Below, piece after piece: positions 42,737 through 52,900 of a stretch of 64,000 nt of DNA (within the stretch, counting starts at the first letter, position 1; the number at the start of each line of letters is the position of its first letter). Origin of the DNA: Candidatus Latescibacterota bacterium (lineage in GTDB: Bacteria > Latescibacterota > UBA2968 > UBA8231); NCBI GenBank assembly GCA_964291625.2, contig OZ220089.1, forward strand, positions 4,416,001-4,480,000, in the 5' to 3' direction. A program made the translations under genes and the position numbers. The notes below the pieces were generated by a model. It saw only the letters and a list, made by a program, of their open reading frames with translations, was not told where the DNA came from and made no database searches.

Positions 42737-44820
42737 GCCACCAGGCTCACGGAGCTGACGACGCCCGTCCACCCGGAGCCGTTTCGGCTGCGCACCTCCA
42801 GAGTGTTCATCCCCGGGCGCAGGGACCACTCGAAGGGGGCCGCCGTCTCCCGCCAGTGGCCACGGTCGAAGCGGGCCTCGTACGCGGCGAAGTCGGGGGT
42901 CTCGGTCTCGAGGTGCACCTGGAGGCTCATGGCGTCGGCGGTGCTCTCCACGGTCATGCGGGTCTGGTTCAGGGTGGGGTAGAAGTCCGCCCGGCGGTTG
43001 GTGTGGTGGGAGAAGTGCGGCAACGGGGGCACCTCGTCGTCCGCCCAGTTGAGGTAGCCGTCCCAGGACCAGACCTCGGTCCCCTGGCTCACCGGCAGGG
43101 GCCGCTGGCGGCTGAAGACGTCGAAGCGCGGGACCACGCGGAAGTGGCAGAAGCTGCGGAACAGGAAGAGGGCCCCGTGGTCCCCCGCGTTGCAGGGGTG
43201 CTCGTAGTCGCCGTCCCAGAAGGCGATGGGCAGGTCCTCCACGAGCTTCTCGAGATCCTGGTGAAACAGGTACGGCCGGTCCCAGCGCTCGACGCGGTCG
43301 AGGCGGTCCACGAGGGCCCGGTGGATCTCCTCCGTGTCGAGGGGAACCAGGGTCCTGCGGTCGAACCAGTAGTAGTCGCGGGTGGCGTCCAGGTGGATCC
43401 ACTTGCCGTGATCGTTGGACCAGACCTCGGCGATCTCGTGTCCCGTCATGCCCTCGCTGTGGAAGTTCAGGTGGCGGGCGGGGATGCCGAAGCTCTGCAG
43501 GGCGGCCACGAGGACCACGTTCGGGTAGAGGCACATCCGGTCCCGCCGCCGCTGCGAGTACTCGTTCATCACGATTTGGCAGTCCGGCCCCCGCTCGAGG
43601 TGGATCCAGGAGAGCACGTCCCAGGGGAAGTGGCGGCAGTCCCCGAGGGGGATGTGGTAGGCCCAGCGATGCAGCCGCTGTATCGCCTCGAACTCGGTCT
43701 GGGCGCCGGCGACGACGGCATCGAGCTCGCACGCCCGCCGCAACTGCACGAGGGGCCGGCAACGGGGGGTCTCGTGGGGCATCTCCCAGGAGGAGCGCAG
43801 GATGGCGGGGTTGCGGGCATGCGCCACGCGCAGCGCCGGCTCCGGGCCGGGCAGGACGTCCGCCTCCATCTCGACCCGGCGCAGGGCCGGGGTCACCGTG
43901 GGGTCGGCGGTCTGGAAGCGCGCCTCCCACTGCAGGTAGCGGCCCCGCAGGCCGGCCACGGGGCGGCCGGCCTCGCACGGCTGCCAGTCGCTCCAGCCCC
44001 CCGCGTCGGGACAGGGCCGGGCGCCGCTTCGACAGGCCAGGTCCAGCCCGGCCGGCCCCGGGGTGTCGGCATCCCAGGCGATGCGGACCGATTCCACCCG
44101 GTGACGGCCGCGGACCACGGCCCCGCATTCGCCGGCCGCGTCGAGAACGGGCGAGAGCAGCCTGCCCGAGGGGCGGTAGCGGTCGAGGGCGATACGCAGG
44201 ACGAGCTCGCCCCGCTCGCCGCTCCAGGTGCGGCCTCCGTCGTCGCTGCGTTCCGTGGCGTGAGGCAGGACGACGGGATCCTCCATGCCTTTGTGGAAGT
44301 CGCGGTAGTCGGCCACCATGAGCTGCCACCCGGGGCTCCCGCCGTCGCACCGAACGGTGATCTCGTTCTCCCCCGGCCGCAGGGCGCCGGCGGGGATGTC
44401 CACGTAGTACCAGCGGCTCCAGGTGAGCTCCTGGTACTGACGCGCCTCGGGAGCCGCCTCACGGGAGGGAGGCCGGCGGACCTCCCGGCCGTTGACCGAG
44501 AAGCGGAGGGTGGCCGCGTTCTCCTCGGCCTCGAGGGCGATGAAGGCGAGCTGCGCCCCGTGGCACGCGGGATCGTCCAGGTGGAGGCGCTTGCGGAACA
44601 CCGTCTCCCCCGACAACTGCGCGAAGGGCTCGATCCCCGGCTCGTCGGAGCGCCCCGAGCCGGGGGAGTCGTTCTCCGCCACCTCTCCGCGGAAGAGGTG
44701 GATCTCCTCCTCCGCGTCGCCTTTCCACAACCCGCCCGCGGACTCGGCCTCGGCGTACAGGGCCTCCGCCTCCCACGACTGCCGGATGGTCCGAAGCCCG
44801 GTGCCCGTCTCTGTGGTCAT
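42733..44820 (-). CDS. Transglutaminase-like (Cys-His-Asp) domain protein
   Basis: Start MTTETG (ATG 44820, GAGGAG RBS); RMCLYPN..L..ALQSFGIPAR, GHEIAEVWSN..GKWIHLDAT. Confidence 0.8.
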   Translation of the reverse strand: MTTETGTGLRTIRQSWEAEALYAEAESAGGLWKGDAEEEIHLFRGEVAENDSPGSGRSDEPGIEPFAQLSGETVFRKRLHLDDPACHGAQLAFIALEAEENAATLRFSVNGREVRRPPSREAAPEARQYQELTWSRWYYVDIPAGALRPGENEITVRCDGGSPGWQLMVADYRDFHKGMEDPVVLPHATERSDDGGRTWSGERGELVLRIALDRYRPSGRLLSPVLDAAGECGAVVRGRHRVESVRIAWDADTPGPAGLDLACRSGARPCPDAGGWSDWQPCEAGRPVAGLRGRYLQWEARFQTADPTVTPALRRVEMEADVLPGPEPALRVAHARNPAILRSSWEMPHETPRCRPLVQLRRACELDAVVAGAQTEFEAIQRLHRWAYHIPLGDCRHFPWDVLSWIHLERGPDCQIVMNEYSQRRRDRMCLYPNVVLVAALQSFGIPARHLNFHSEGMTGHEIAEVWSNDHGKWIHLDATRDYYWFDRRTLVPLDTEEIHRALVDRLDRVERWDRPYLFHQDLEKLVEDLPIAFWDGDYEHPCNAGDHGALFLFRSFCHFRVVPRFDVFSRQRPLPVSQGTEVWSWDGYLNWADDEVPPLPHFSHHTNRRADFYPTLNQTRMTVESTADAMSLQVHLETETPDFAAYEARFDRGHWRETAAPFEWSLRPGMNTLEVRSRNGSGWTGVVSSVSLVA

Positions 44821-44890
44821 CCTCTCCTCCCCGTGCTTGTCACCCGGTGGCGCCGCCACTATCTCAACTCCGGAAGACGGGCCGAAACCT

Positions 44891-46840
44891 ATGTCGACCA
44901 CGACCCCCCACGCCACCCGCCAGTCCGGCATCACCCTCCGCTCCCTGCTGGTGGGCTCGCTGATGACCGCGTGCATCGGTATCGGCGCCCCTTACAGCAA
45001 CATGATCCTCCGGGGCTCCAACTTCGCCCTCGATTTCAGCACCGCCGGAGCGATCTTCCTGTTCTTCGTGTTCGTCCTCGGGGTGCAGACGCTCCTGCGC
45101 CTCGTCCATCCCGCCCTCGGACTGCGGCGGGAGGAGCTCGTCGTCGTCTACGTGATGGCCATGGTGGGCTGCGCCATCCCGAGCATGGGGCTCACCGAGT
45201 ACCTGCTGCCGATCACGGCGGGGGCCGTCTACTACGCCACCCCGGAGAACGACTGGGCCACCGTCGTCCACCCCTTCATCCGCGACGGGCTGGTCCCGGA
45301 GCCGCGGGCGGCGAAGGACTTCTACGAAGGTCTCCCGGAGGGCGCCTCCGTGCCGTGGGAGGCGTGGGTCGTGCCGCTGGCCTGGTGGATCCCGCTGATC
45401 CTGGCCGTGTACCTGGCCATGATCTGCATCGTCGTCGTCCTGCGGCGCCCGTGGATCGAGACCGAGCGCCTGAACTTCCCCCTCGTGCAGGTGCCGAGCG
45501 CCATGATCGAGGAGGGGCCCCGTCCGGGCGCCTTGAACCCGTTCTTCCGCAACCCGGTCATGTGGGCCGGCTTCGCCGTTCCCTTCGTCATCGGCTGCGT
45601 CAAGGCCCTGCACAACTACTACGACTTCATCCCCGACATCGTCCTCGACACGACGGTGCCCCTGTTCCGGGGGACGACGCAGCAGAAGATCGCCCTGAGC
45701 TTTCCCATGGTCGGCTTCGCCTACCTGGTGAACCTCGACATCGCCTTCAGCATCTGGTTCTTCAACCTCGTGGGCCGCCTGCAGGAGGGGACCTTCGGCA
45801 TCCTCGGCGTGGCCAGCACCGAGCGCCTCAACTTCGCCTCCTTCCCGGTCTTCGCCCACCAGGGAATGGGCGCGATGATCGTCCTCGTCCTCCTCGGTCT
45901 GTGGACGGCGCGGGGGCACATCCGCCGGGTGGTGCGCAAGGCCCTGCGCGGTGATCCGGAGGTCGACGACAGCGACGAGATCCTCTCCTACCGCACCGCC
46001 GTCCTGGGACTGCTGGCCAGCGCCCTCTTCGTCGGCGCCTGGCTCTGGCGCGCCGGCATGGCCCTGTGGGTCGTGCCGATCTACCTCTTCGCCATGTTCC
46101 TGCTCTTCGCCGGCATCACCCGGGTCGTGGCCGAGGGAGGGGTCGCCGCCACCCGGGCGCCGCTCATCGCCTCCGACTTCGTCACCTCCGGCTTCGGCAG
46201 CGCCGTCCTCGGGGCCCAGACGCTCACCGCCATGGGCTTCACCTACGTGTGGGCCGCCGACATCCGCACCTTCGTCATGGCCTCCTGCGCCAACGGACTC
46301 AAGCTCGCCCAGGAACACCTCGGCCGGCGCCGGCGGGGCCTGTTCTGGGCGATGGTCCTGGCCATCGGCCTGAGCCTGGTCTCGTCGATCTGGGCGGTCA
46401 TGTACTGGAGCTATACCCACGGAGGGGTAAACCTGGAGCCCTGGTTCTTCCTCAGCGGGCCCCAGGTGCCGTTCAACTTCGTCGCCCGCGAGGCGGCCGC
46501 CCCGGACGGGCCGGACCTGGTGGGGTGGATCTCGACCGGCGTCGGCGGCGCGGTCATGGCCGTCCTCATGCTGGCGCGCCAGCACTTCTTCTGGTGGCCC
46601 CTGCACCCGCTGGGGTACGCGGTCAGCGCCAGCACCTACCTGACGAACCACATCTCCTTCAGCGTCTTCCTGGCGTGGCTCCTCAAGGCGGTGATCCTCA
46701 AGTACGGCGGCCCCACCCTCTACCGCGCCGCTCGGCCCTTCTTCCTCGGCCTCATCGCCGGGCAGTTCACGGTGGCCGGCCTGTGGCTGGTGATCGACCA
46801 CTTCACCGGCATGAGCGGCAACAGCATCTACTGGGTCTGA
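44891..46840 (+). CDS. Polytopic membrane protein, DUF6785/DUF6784-like (putative transporter)
   Basis: Start MSTTTPH; many TM segments; RRPWIETERLNFPL, RVVAEGG, WWPLHPLGY, LKYGG..LYR.ARPFFLGLI motifs. Confidence 0.7.
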   Translation: MSTTTPHATRQSGITLRSLLVGSLMTACIGIGAPYSNMILRGSNFALDFSTAGAIFLFFVFVLGVQTLLRLVHPALGLRREELVVVYVMAMVGCAIPSMGLTEYLLPITAGAVYYATPENDWATVVHPFIRDGLVPEPRAAKDFYEGLPEGASVPWEAWVVPLAWWIPLILAVYLAMICIVVVLRRPWIETERLNFPLVQVPSAMIEEGPRPGALNPFFRNPVMWAGFAVPFVIGCVKALHNYYDFIPDIVLDTTVPLFRGTTQQKIALSFPMVGFAYLVNLDIAFSIWFFNLVGRLQEGTFGILGVASTERLNFASFPVFAHQGMGAMIVLVLLGLWTARGHIRRVVRKALRGDPEVDDSDEILSYRTAVLGLLASALFVGAWLWRAGMALWVVPIYLFAMFLLFAGITRVVAEGGVAATRAPLIASDFVTSGFGSAVLGAQTLTAMGFTYVWAADIRTFVMASCANGLKLAQEHLGRRRRGLFWAMVLAIGLSLVSSIWAVMYWSYTHGGVNLEPWFFLSGPQVPFNFVAREAAAPDGPDLVGWISTGVGGAVMAVLMLARQHFFWWPLHPLGYAVSASTYLTNHISFSVFLAWLLKAVILKYGGPTLYRAARPFFLGLIAGQFTVAGLWLVIDHFTGMSGNSIYWV

Positions 46841-49800
46841 CCGTCCGGGGCGGCGCGGCGGACCTCGCCGATGGCGGCGGCGGCCCGCTGGTGCCCGGGG
46901 TCCAGGCGCAGGACCGTCTCCCACTCGGCCACCGCCTCCCGCAGGCGCCCCTGCCGGGCGTAGACCTGGCCGAGGGCCTCGTGGAGGTCGATCGAGTCCG
47001 GAGCTCTCTCCAGGCCCTGGCGGAAGGCCTCGGCCGCGGCCTCGAAGCGGCCGGCCATGGCGTGGGCCATGCCGAGGTTGCCGTAGACGAGGGGCCGCTC
47101 CGGGTCGAGGGCGAGGGCGCGCTGGTAGGCCTCCACCGCCAGGTCGTAGCGGCCCGCCCCGTGGTAGGCGGTGCCGAGATCGACGTGCGCATCCAGCAGC
47201 TCCGGGTCCAGCTCGCAGGCCCGCTCCAGGGACCGGACGGCCTGGGGCAGCCGGCCCCGGGCCTGCAGCACCCGCCCGATGGCGTGGTGGGCGGCGGCGA
47301 ATCCGGGATCGAGCTCCAGGATCTGCTGAAATACCTCCAGGGCCTCCGGGACGCGCCCCTGCTCGAGGTAGACGAGCCCGAGAAGCTGGCGCGCATGGGG
47401 GCTGTCCGGATAGTCGCCGACCTTGCGCTCGTAGAGCTCGGCGCGGTCTTGCAGGGGGCGCAGGCGGGCGAAGATCCGGCGCTCCCGGCCGCTCTCTCCG
47501 GGGCGGCCCTGGCGGTCGTACAACCGGGCCAGGTGGAGACGGGGCCCGGGGCTCCAGGGGGCCGCCCGCACCGCCTGGCGGAAGGCGGTCTCGGCGTCGT
47601 CCGTCCGTCCGGCCCGGAGATAGGCCAGACCGAGCCAGTCGGCGTATTCCCAGGAGCCCGGGGAAAGGCGCAGGGCCGCCTCCAGGGCGGCGACGGCCTC
47701 GGGCAGCCGGCCCTGGTTCAGGTAGAGCTTGCCGAGGACGTGCCGGGCGCCGGCGTTGCCGGAGTCCCGCGACACGGCCTTCTCCAGGACCCTTCGGGCT
47801 TCCTCCTCCTCGCCGAGCCCCGAAGCCAGCACCAGTCCCAGGTTGACGTAGGAACCGATCTCTTCCGGGTCGAGCTCGATCGCCCGCTCGAGGGCGGTCC
47901 TCGCCTCGGCGTAGCGGCCCCGGCGGTAGAGGTCCTCCCCGGTCTCGCGGTAGCGGTCGGCGCTCCAGTCCTCTCCCCCCGGGTCGGGTGAGGCGGCCGG
48001 CGCAGGAGTGGGCCTGGTCCGGCGAAGAGCCGCAGGGGCCGCGCCTGCCGGCGCGGGGGCGGCGTAGGCGGGCTCCAGCCGTCCCTCGCCTTCGCGCAGA
48101 CGCCAGTACCGGTTCACCGACTCCGGGACCACCCTCTCGCGGGACCCGGAGGGCCAGGAGACGACGAGGCTGTCCACCGCGGACTCCGGCCCGAGTCCGA
48201 AGACCAGGCGGGGGTCGTGGCTGGACTGGAAGCCGTAGCCCCGCTGCACCTCCCGCAGTTGCCGGTGGCCCGCGGACCACAGCTCCACCCGGGCGCCGGT
48301 CGCCTCGGGGTCGCCCTCTCCGGCGGCCAGCTCCAGTCCGATCCAGCGGTTGCCGCCGCGGCCGTCGTTGCGCAGCAGGGCGGGCCGGTCGTTGAGGTTG
48401 ACGAGGAGGATGTCCGGGTCGCCGTCGTCGTCGTAGTCGGCCACCGCGGCGGCCCGGCTGACGCCTTCGGCCCGCCAGTCCCCTCCGGCCTCGGCGCCGA
48501 CCTCTTCGAAGCGGCCGCCGAGGTTGCGGTAGAGGAGGTTGCGCTGGGCGTAACGGAGTCCGGAGGGCAGCTCCCGCAGCTGTGGGTAGACGTGGCCGTT
48601 GGCGACGAACAGGTCCAGCCAGCCGTCGTTGTCGAAGTCGAGAAAGGCGGTGCTCCACCCCAGGAAGGGCTGCACCACCCCGCCGAGTCCGGCGGCATGG
48701 GTAGCGTCGGCGAAGGTGCCGTCCCCGCGGTTGGCGTAGAGGGTGTTGAAGTCGTCGGAGAAGTTGGTGACGAAGAGGTCGAGGTCGCCGTCGCGGTCGT
48801 AGTCCCCCGAGTGGACGCCCATGCCCGCCTGGGCGCGGCCGTCCTCGCTGTAGGCCAGCCCCGCGGCGGTGCCGACTTCGCGGAAGCGGAAGCCGCCGTC
48901 GTTGAGGAACAGCAGATTCGCCTCGGAGTCGTTGGCCACGTAGATGTCGGGGTCGCCGTCGCCGTCGAGATCGGAGAGCACCACCCCGAGTCCCGGCAGG
49001 CGGTGGCGGGAGATCCCGGCCGGGTCCCCGGCCTCCGAGAAGCGGCCGCCGCCGAGATTGCGGTAGAGGCGGTCGGCCTGGCCGGGGATTCCCTCGGGCC
49101 CGCAGTAGCTGCTCAGACCCTTGTACCGGCACCCGAGCCAGCCGCCGGGGGGATCGTCGAGATCGAACTCCACGTAGTTGGCCACGTACAGGTCCAGAAG
49201 CCCGTCGCCGTCGAGATCCCCGAAGGCGGCGCTCGAGCCCCAGCCGCCGTCGTCCACCCCCGCCGGCCGCCCGGCCTCGGAGAAGGACTCTCCGCCGCGG
49301 TTGAGGTACAGGCGGTTGGCGCCCCAGTAGGTGACGTAGAGATCGGGGTCGCCGTCGTTGTCGGCGTCGCCCACGGCGCAGCCCATGCCCCAGCCGGTGT
49401 GAGCGAGCCCGAGCTCCGCCGTCGCTTCCTCGAAGAGCGGGGCGGCCCCCGGTCCGCGGTGGCGGTAGAAGCGGTTGCCGGCGGCGGCGGGAGGGTCCCG
49501 GAGGCGGGTGCCGTTCACCAGGTAGAGGTCCTGGTCGCCGTCGCCCTCGACATCGAGGAAGGCCGCCCCGGCGGAGATCGTCTCGAGGATGTAGCCCTGC
49601 TCGGGGCTTCCGGAGACGTTCTCGTAGTCGATGCCGCTCTCCCGGGCCACTTCGACGAAGTACACCTCTGGCTCGCCGGCCCCGGCCGTGGGGACGGAGG
49701 CCGCGGCCTCGACCGCCGGTGGATCCCCGGGCCCCCGGGCGGCGGCCTCGCTCTCCTCCGGCGGGTCGGCGGCGGCCGGAGCGGTGAGCGGCGGGTCGGC

Positions 49801-49986
49801 AGGCGGAGCCGCCGGGTGGCTCTCCGGGCTCCGGGGGGCGGGCTCGGGATCGGGGGCGCAGGCGACGGCGAGGAAGGGCAGGAGAACCGCGGTCCTCCAT
49901 CCGGTTCGCCGGGACCGGGCCGCGCCGTTACCGTTGACCCCGGGGGCGCCGGCGAGGTCCGCCGATGGAGTGCCGCGAATGAGCAT
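46828..49986 (-). CDS. CRTAC1/FG-GAP + ASPIC-UnbV + C-terminal TPR lipoprotein
   Basis: LAVAC lipobox; FVEVARESGI, GMGCAVGDADNDGDPDLYVT, AGMG, GFQSSHDPRLVFGLG; C-terminal TPRs. Start codon uncertain. Confidence 0.85.
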   Translation of the reverse strand: MLIRGTPSADLAGAPGVNGNGAARSRRTGWRTAVLLPFLAVACAPDPEPAPRSPESHPAAPPADPPLTAPAAADPPEESEAAARGPGDPPAVEAAASVPTAGAGEPEVYFVEVARESGIDYENVSGSPEQGYILETISAGAAFLDVEGDGDQDLYLVNGTRLRDPPAAAGNRFYRHRGPGAAPLFEEATAELGLAHTGWGMGCAVGDADNDGDPDLYVTYWGANRLYLNRGGESFSEAGRPAGVDDGGWGSSAAFGDLDGDGLLDLYVANYVEFDLDDPPGGWLGCRYKGLSSYCGPEGIPGQADRLYRNLGGGRFSEAGDPAGISRHRLPGLGVVLSDLDGDGDPDIYVANDSEANLLFLNDGGFRFREVGTAAGLAYSEDGRAQAGMGVHSGDYDRDGDLDLFVTNFSDDFNTLYANRGDGTFADATHAAGLGGVVQPFLGWSTAFLDFDNDGWLDLFVANGHVYPQLRELPSGLRYAQRNLLYRNLGGRFEEVGAEAGGDWRAEGVSRAAAVADYDDDGDPDILLVNLNDRPALLRNDGRGGNRWIGLELAAGEGDPEATGARVELWSAGHRQLREVQRGYGFQSSHDPRLVFGLGPESAVDSLVVSWPSGSRERVVPESVNRYWRLREGEGRLEPAYAAPAPAGAAPAALRRTRPTPAPAASPDPGGEDWSADRYRETGEDLYRRGRYAEARTALERAIELDPEEIGSYVNLGLVLASGLGEEEEARRVLEKAVSRDSGNAGARHVLGKLYLNQGRLPEAVAALEAALRLSPGSWEYADWLGLAYLRAGRTDDAETAFRQAVRAAPWSPGPRLHLARLYDRQGRPGESGRERRIFARLRPLQDRAELYERKVGDYPDSPHARQLLGLVYLEQGRVPEALEVFQQILELDPGFAAAHHAIGRVLQARGRLPQAVRSLERACELDPELLDAHVDLGTAYHGAGRYDLAVEAYQRALALDPERPLVYGNLGMAHAMAGRFEAAAEAFRQGLERAPDSIDLHEALGQVYARQGRLREAVAEWETVLRLDPGHQRAAAAIGEVRRAAPDGQTQ

Positions 49987-49999
49987 GGCGCAGCGAGCC

Positions 50000-52900
50000 G
50001 TGGATACGTCTCTCAGCAGGGGAGCAGGGACCGTCGATTGCCGCGGGAGTGGTGACTGCAAGTTCCGCCGCCCGGGACCGGTCTGTCAACGCCGGCTCGA
50101 CGGCCTGCGCCCGGGCCCTGCCGGGACCAGGAGGCGGCCCCCGGGGGCCGCCGGCCGGGGGCGCGGCGGAACACCCTCGCCCCGCGCGGGCCCGCCCTGG
50201 CTCCTCGCGCTCCTGGCGGCGGCCGGCCTGCTGTGGGCCCACGGCGCCGGCGCCTCCGAGCGCCGGGTCCTGGAGAACGAGCGCGCCCGGGTGACCCTCG
50301 CCCCCCGGGAGGGAGCGGCCATCGTCCAGTACCTGGACCGCCGCAGCGGCGTCGAGTACTCCACCGCCGGGGCCCGGCCCCCCGGTCCCGGCCTGCGCGA
50401 CCTCACCCTCGGAGTCGACGGGGTCGCCCATCGCCTCGAGGCCCGCGACGGCGCCGGGTACAAGGGCGTCGTGGCCCGCGCCACGGCTCCGGGAACACTG
50501 CAGGAGGGGGGTCGGATCGTCGGTCTGTCGGCGTCCTCCCGCGTCTCCGTGGAGCGGGAGATGCGCCTGGCCGACGGCAGCACCCGCCTCACCGTGGTGC
50601 TGCGCTACACCAACATCGGGGAGGAGGCGGTTCCCCTGTGGATCCGCTGGCATCCCTACCTGATGCTGGACGATCCCTACGGCGAGCACTCGGTCATCGT
50701 CGCTCCGGGCCCCGGGCGGGGGCAGATGCGCCGCATCCGCGTGGGACTGGGGCGCGACACCCACTTCCTCGACGTGCCCGGCTACTGGATGGCCATCAAT
50801 CCGCGCACCGGCCACGGCGTGTGGATGACCTTCCGGGAGGCAGACGCGCAAGTCTGCGCCACCTGGACCGACTACCACCGCGAGAAGCGTCCGGAGCGCG
50901 GCTGGTTCACCGTGGAGCCGCGCCGGGCCAAGCAGCTCCTGGGGCCCGGCGAGCGGGTGGAGATGCACCTGACCTACCAGCCCTTCGCGCCGGGGGACCG
51001 TCTCCATCCCGGGTTCGTCGAGCCGGAGGAGCGCTCCGCGGCGCAGCGCTTCGCGCGCCTTGTGCGTGAGAACGCCGCCGTCATCGCCGCACACACGATG
51101 GTGCCCTGGCCCAACGAGGGCCACAGCGCCGCCGCGCAGAACCGCTTCTACTTCAACAATCTGCGCCGCGACCGCTTCGGTCTGGCCGACGCCGGCATCG
51201 CCGACGCCCTCATGGCGGTCCCCGGGATCCAGTCGATCCCTCTGAGGATGCGGCACTACGCGCGCCTCTTCGACAGCTGCTACGACCGCACGCCGGTCCG
51301 CTTCCGGATGGCGGTGACGGACGCGCTCGGCCGAATCGTGCTCCGGGAGGCCTGGACGTACGACCTGAAGCCGATGGAGACCCGCACCCTCGACCGCCGC
51401 GTGGAGCTCGACCTCGGAGAGCTCGAGGACGGCCGCTACACCTTCCGTCTCGACGTCGATCTGGGAGAGGAGGAAGCCCTCCACTCCTACGAGGAGGAAC
51501 GCGTCCTCGCCGGCCGCGCCCGGGGCCGCGCCGCGGAGGCCAGGCGCTCGGCCGGGTCCCTCGTCGAGAGGGAGCGCCCCTTCGTCACCGCCCTGCGCCA
51601 GGTGGAGCTCCCCGGCGGCGGCCGGGTGCCCATCGGCGTCGAGGAAGCGGCCGGACTGACACGCGTCGACTGGCCCATGCGGGTGGGGGTTCCCTTTGCC
51701 CGGGGAGCGTTCCGCGTGGGCGCGGGGATCGCCCTGAGCGACGCCCTCGGACGGCGGCTCGACACGCAGACGAAGGTCATGGGCACCTGGCCGGACGGCA
51801 GCGTGCGCTGGCTCCTCGTCGACTTCCAGAGCGACGTCGTCGGCGGCGGGCACACCTTCCTCGCCCTCGACCCGTCCGACGACCGGACCCGGGGGCCGGC
51901 CATGGCCGGACGCCGGGGGGACGGTGTCGCCGTCGACGTGGGCACCCGCGTCTGGGTCTTCGGGGCCGACGGCACCATCGAGGGCCTCCTGCAGCCGGGG
52001 GACCTGTGGTGGAGGACCGGGGAAGGGCGCACCTACCGGTTTTCGGTCGCCGGTCCGGAGGCCGGGGTCCGCATCGTGGAGAACGGGCCCCTCCGCTGCC
52101 GGGTCCGGGTCACCGGCTGGTACCACCCCGCCAAGGGGGAAGGGGACCCGGTGGCGCGCGGCGAGCTCGATGCCGAGTTCTACCGCGGCAGTCCCTTCTT
52201 CCGCCTGTACCACACCTGGACCTACACGGGGGATCCGTGGGAGGACACCCTCGGCGGCGCCGGGATCCGCTTCCGTCCGGAGGGCCCCTTCTGGAAGGAG
52301 GCGGCCGTCGACCTCGACGGCGAGGAGGTGTCCAGCGACAGCCTGGTGGTGGTCCGGCAGCTCGACGACGAGCACGCCGAGGCGGCGACGGCGCGGCTGA
52401 GCCGGCAGGGCTCGCGGTCCACCGGCACCGTGAGGATGCGCCGCAAGGAGCGCGATCTCGTCATCCATCACCGGGACTTCTGGCGGCTCTTCCCCAAGCG
52501 CGTCGAGGCCTCCGTGGAGGAGGGCACGGTGACCTTCCACTACTGGCCGGAGGAGCGGGGGGCCATGGACTGGCGCCCGCGGGAGGACGGCATGCTGACC
52601 TCCAGCAGCGCTCCCACCTGGTCCCTGGCGGCCGGGGTCTCCCGCACCCACGAGTTCATCATCGACCCCGCGGCGTGGTTCGAGCTACCCCTGTACGAGC
52701 GGATCTTCGGCGAGCCCGTGGTCTGCGCCGTGCCCCCGCGGTACCTGACGGCCACCGGGGCGCTGATGCACCTGCAGCCCTACGACCCGGAGGTCTGCCC
52801 CGATCTCGAGGCCCTGGTGGAGGAGGCGCTGGAGAGCTACCTGCTCAACCAGCGCGTCTATCGCTGGTACGGCCAGTGGGTGTGGGGATCGCTGCCGGCG

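Noticed and set aside
44864-49900. 1678 aa Arg/Pro/Gly-rich ORF, plus the extensions of 41858-44350, 52006-54714 and 22425-24395
   Set aside because: Off-frame low-complexity readthrough typical of high-GC DNA; only the motif-bearing 3' parts of the last three were kept as genes.
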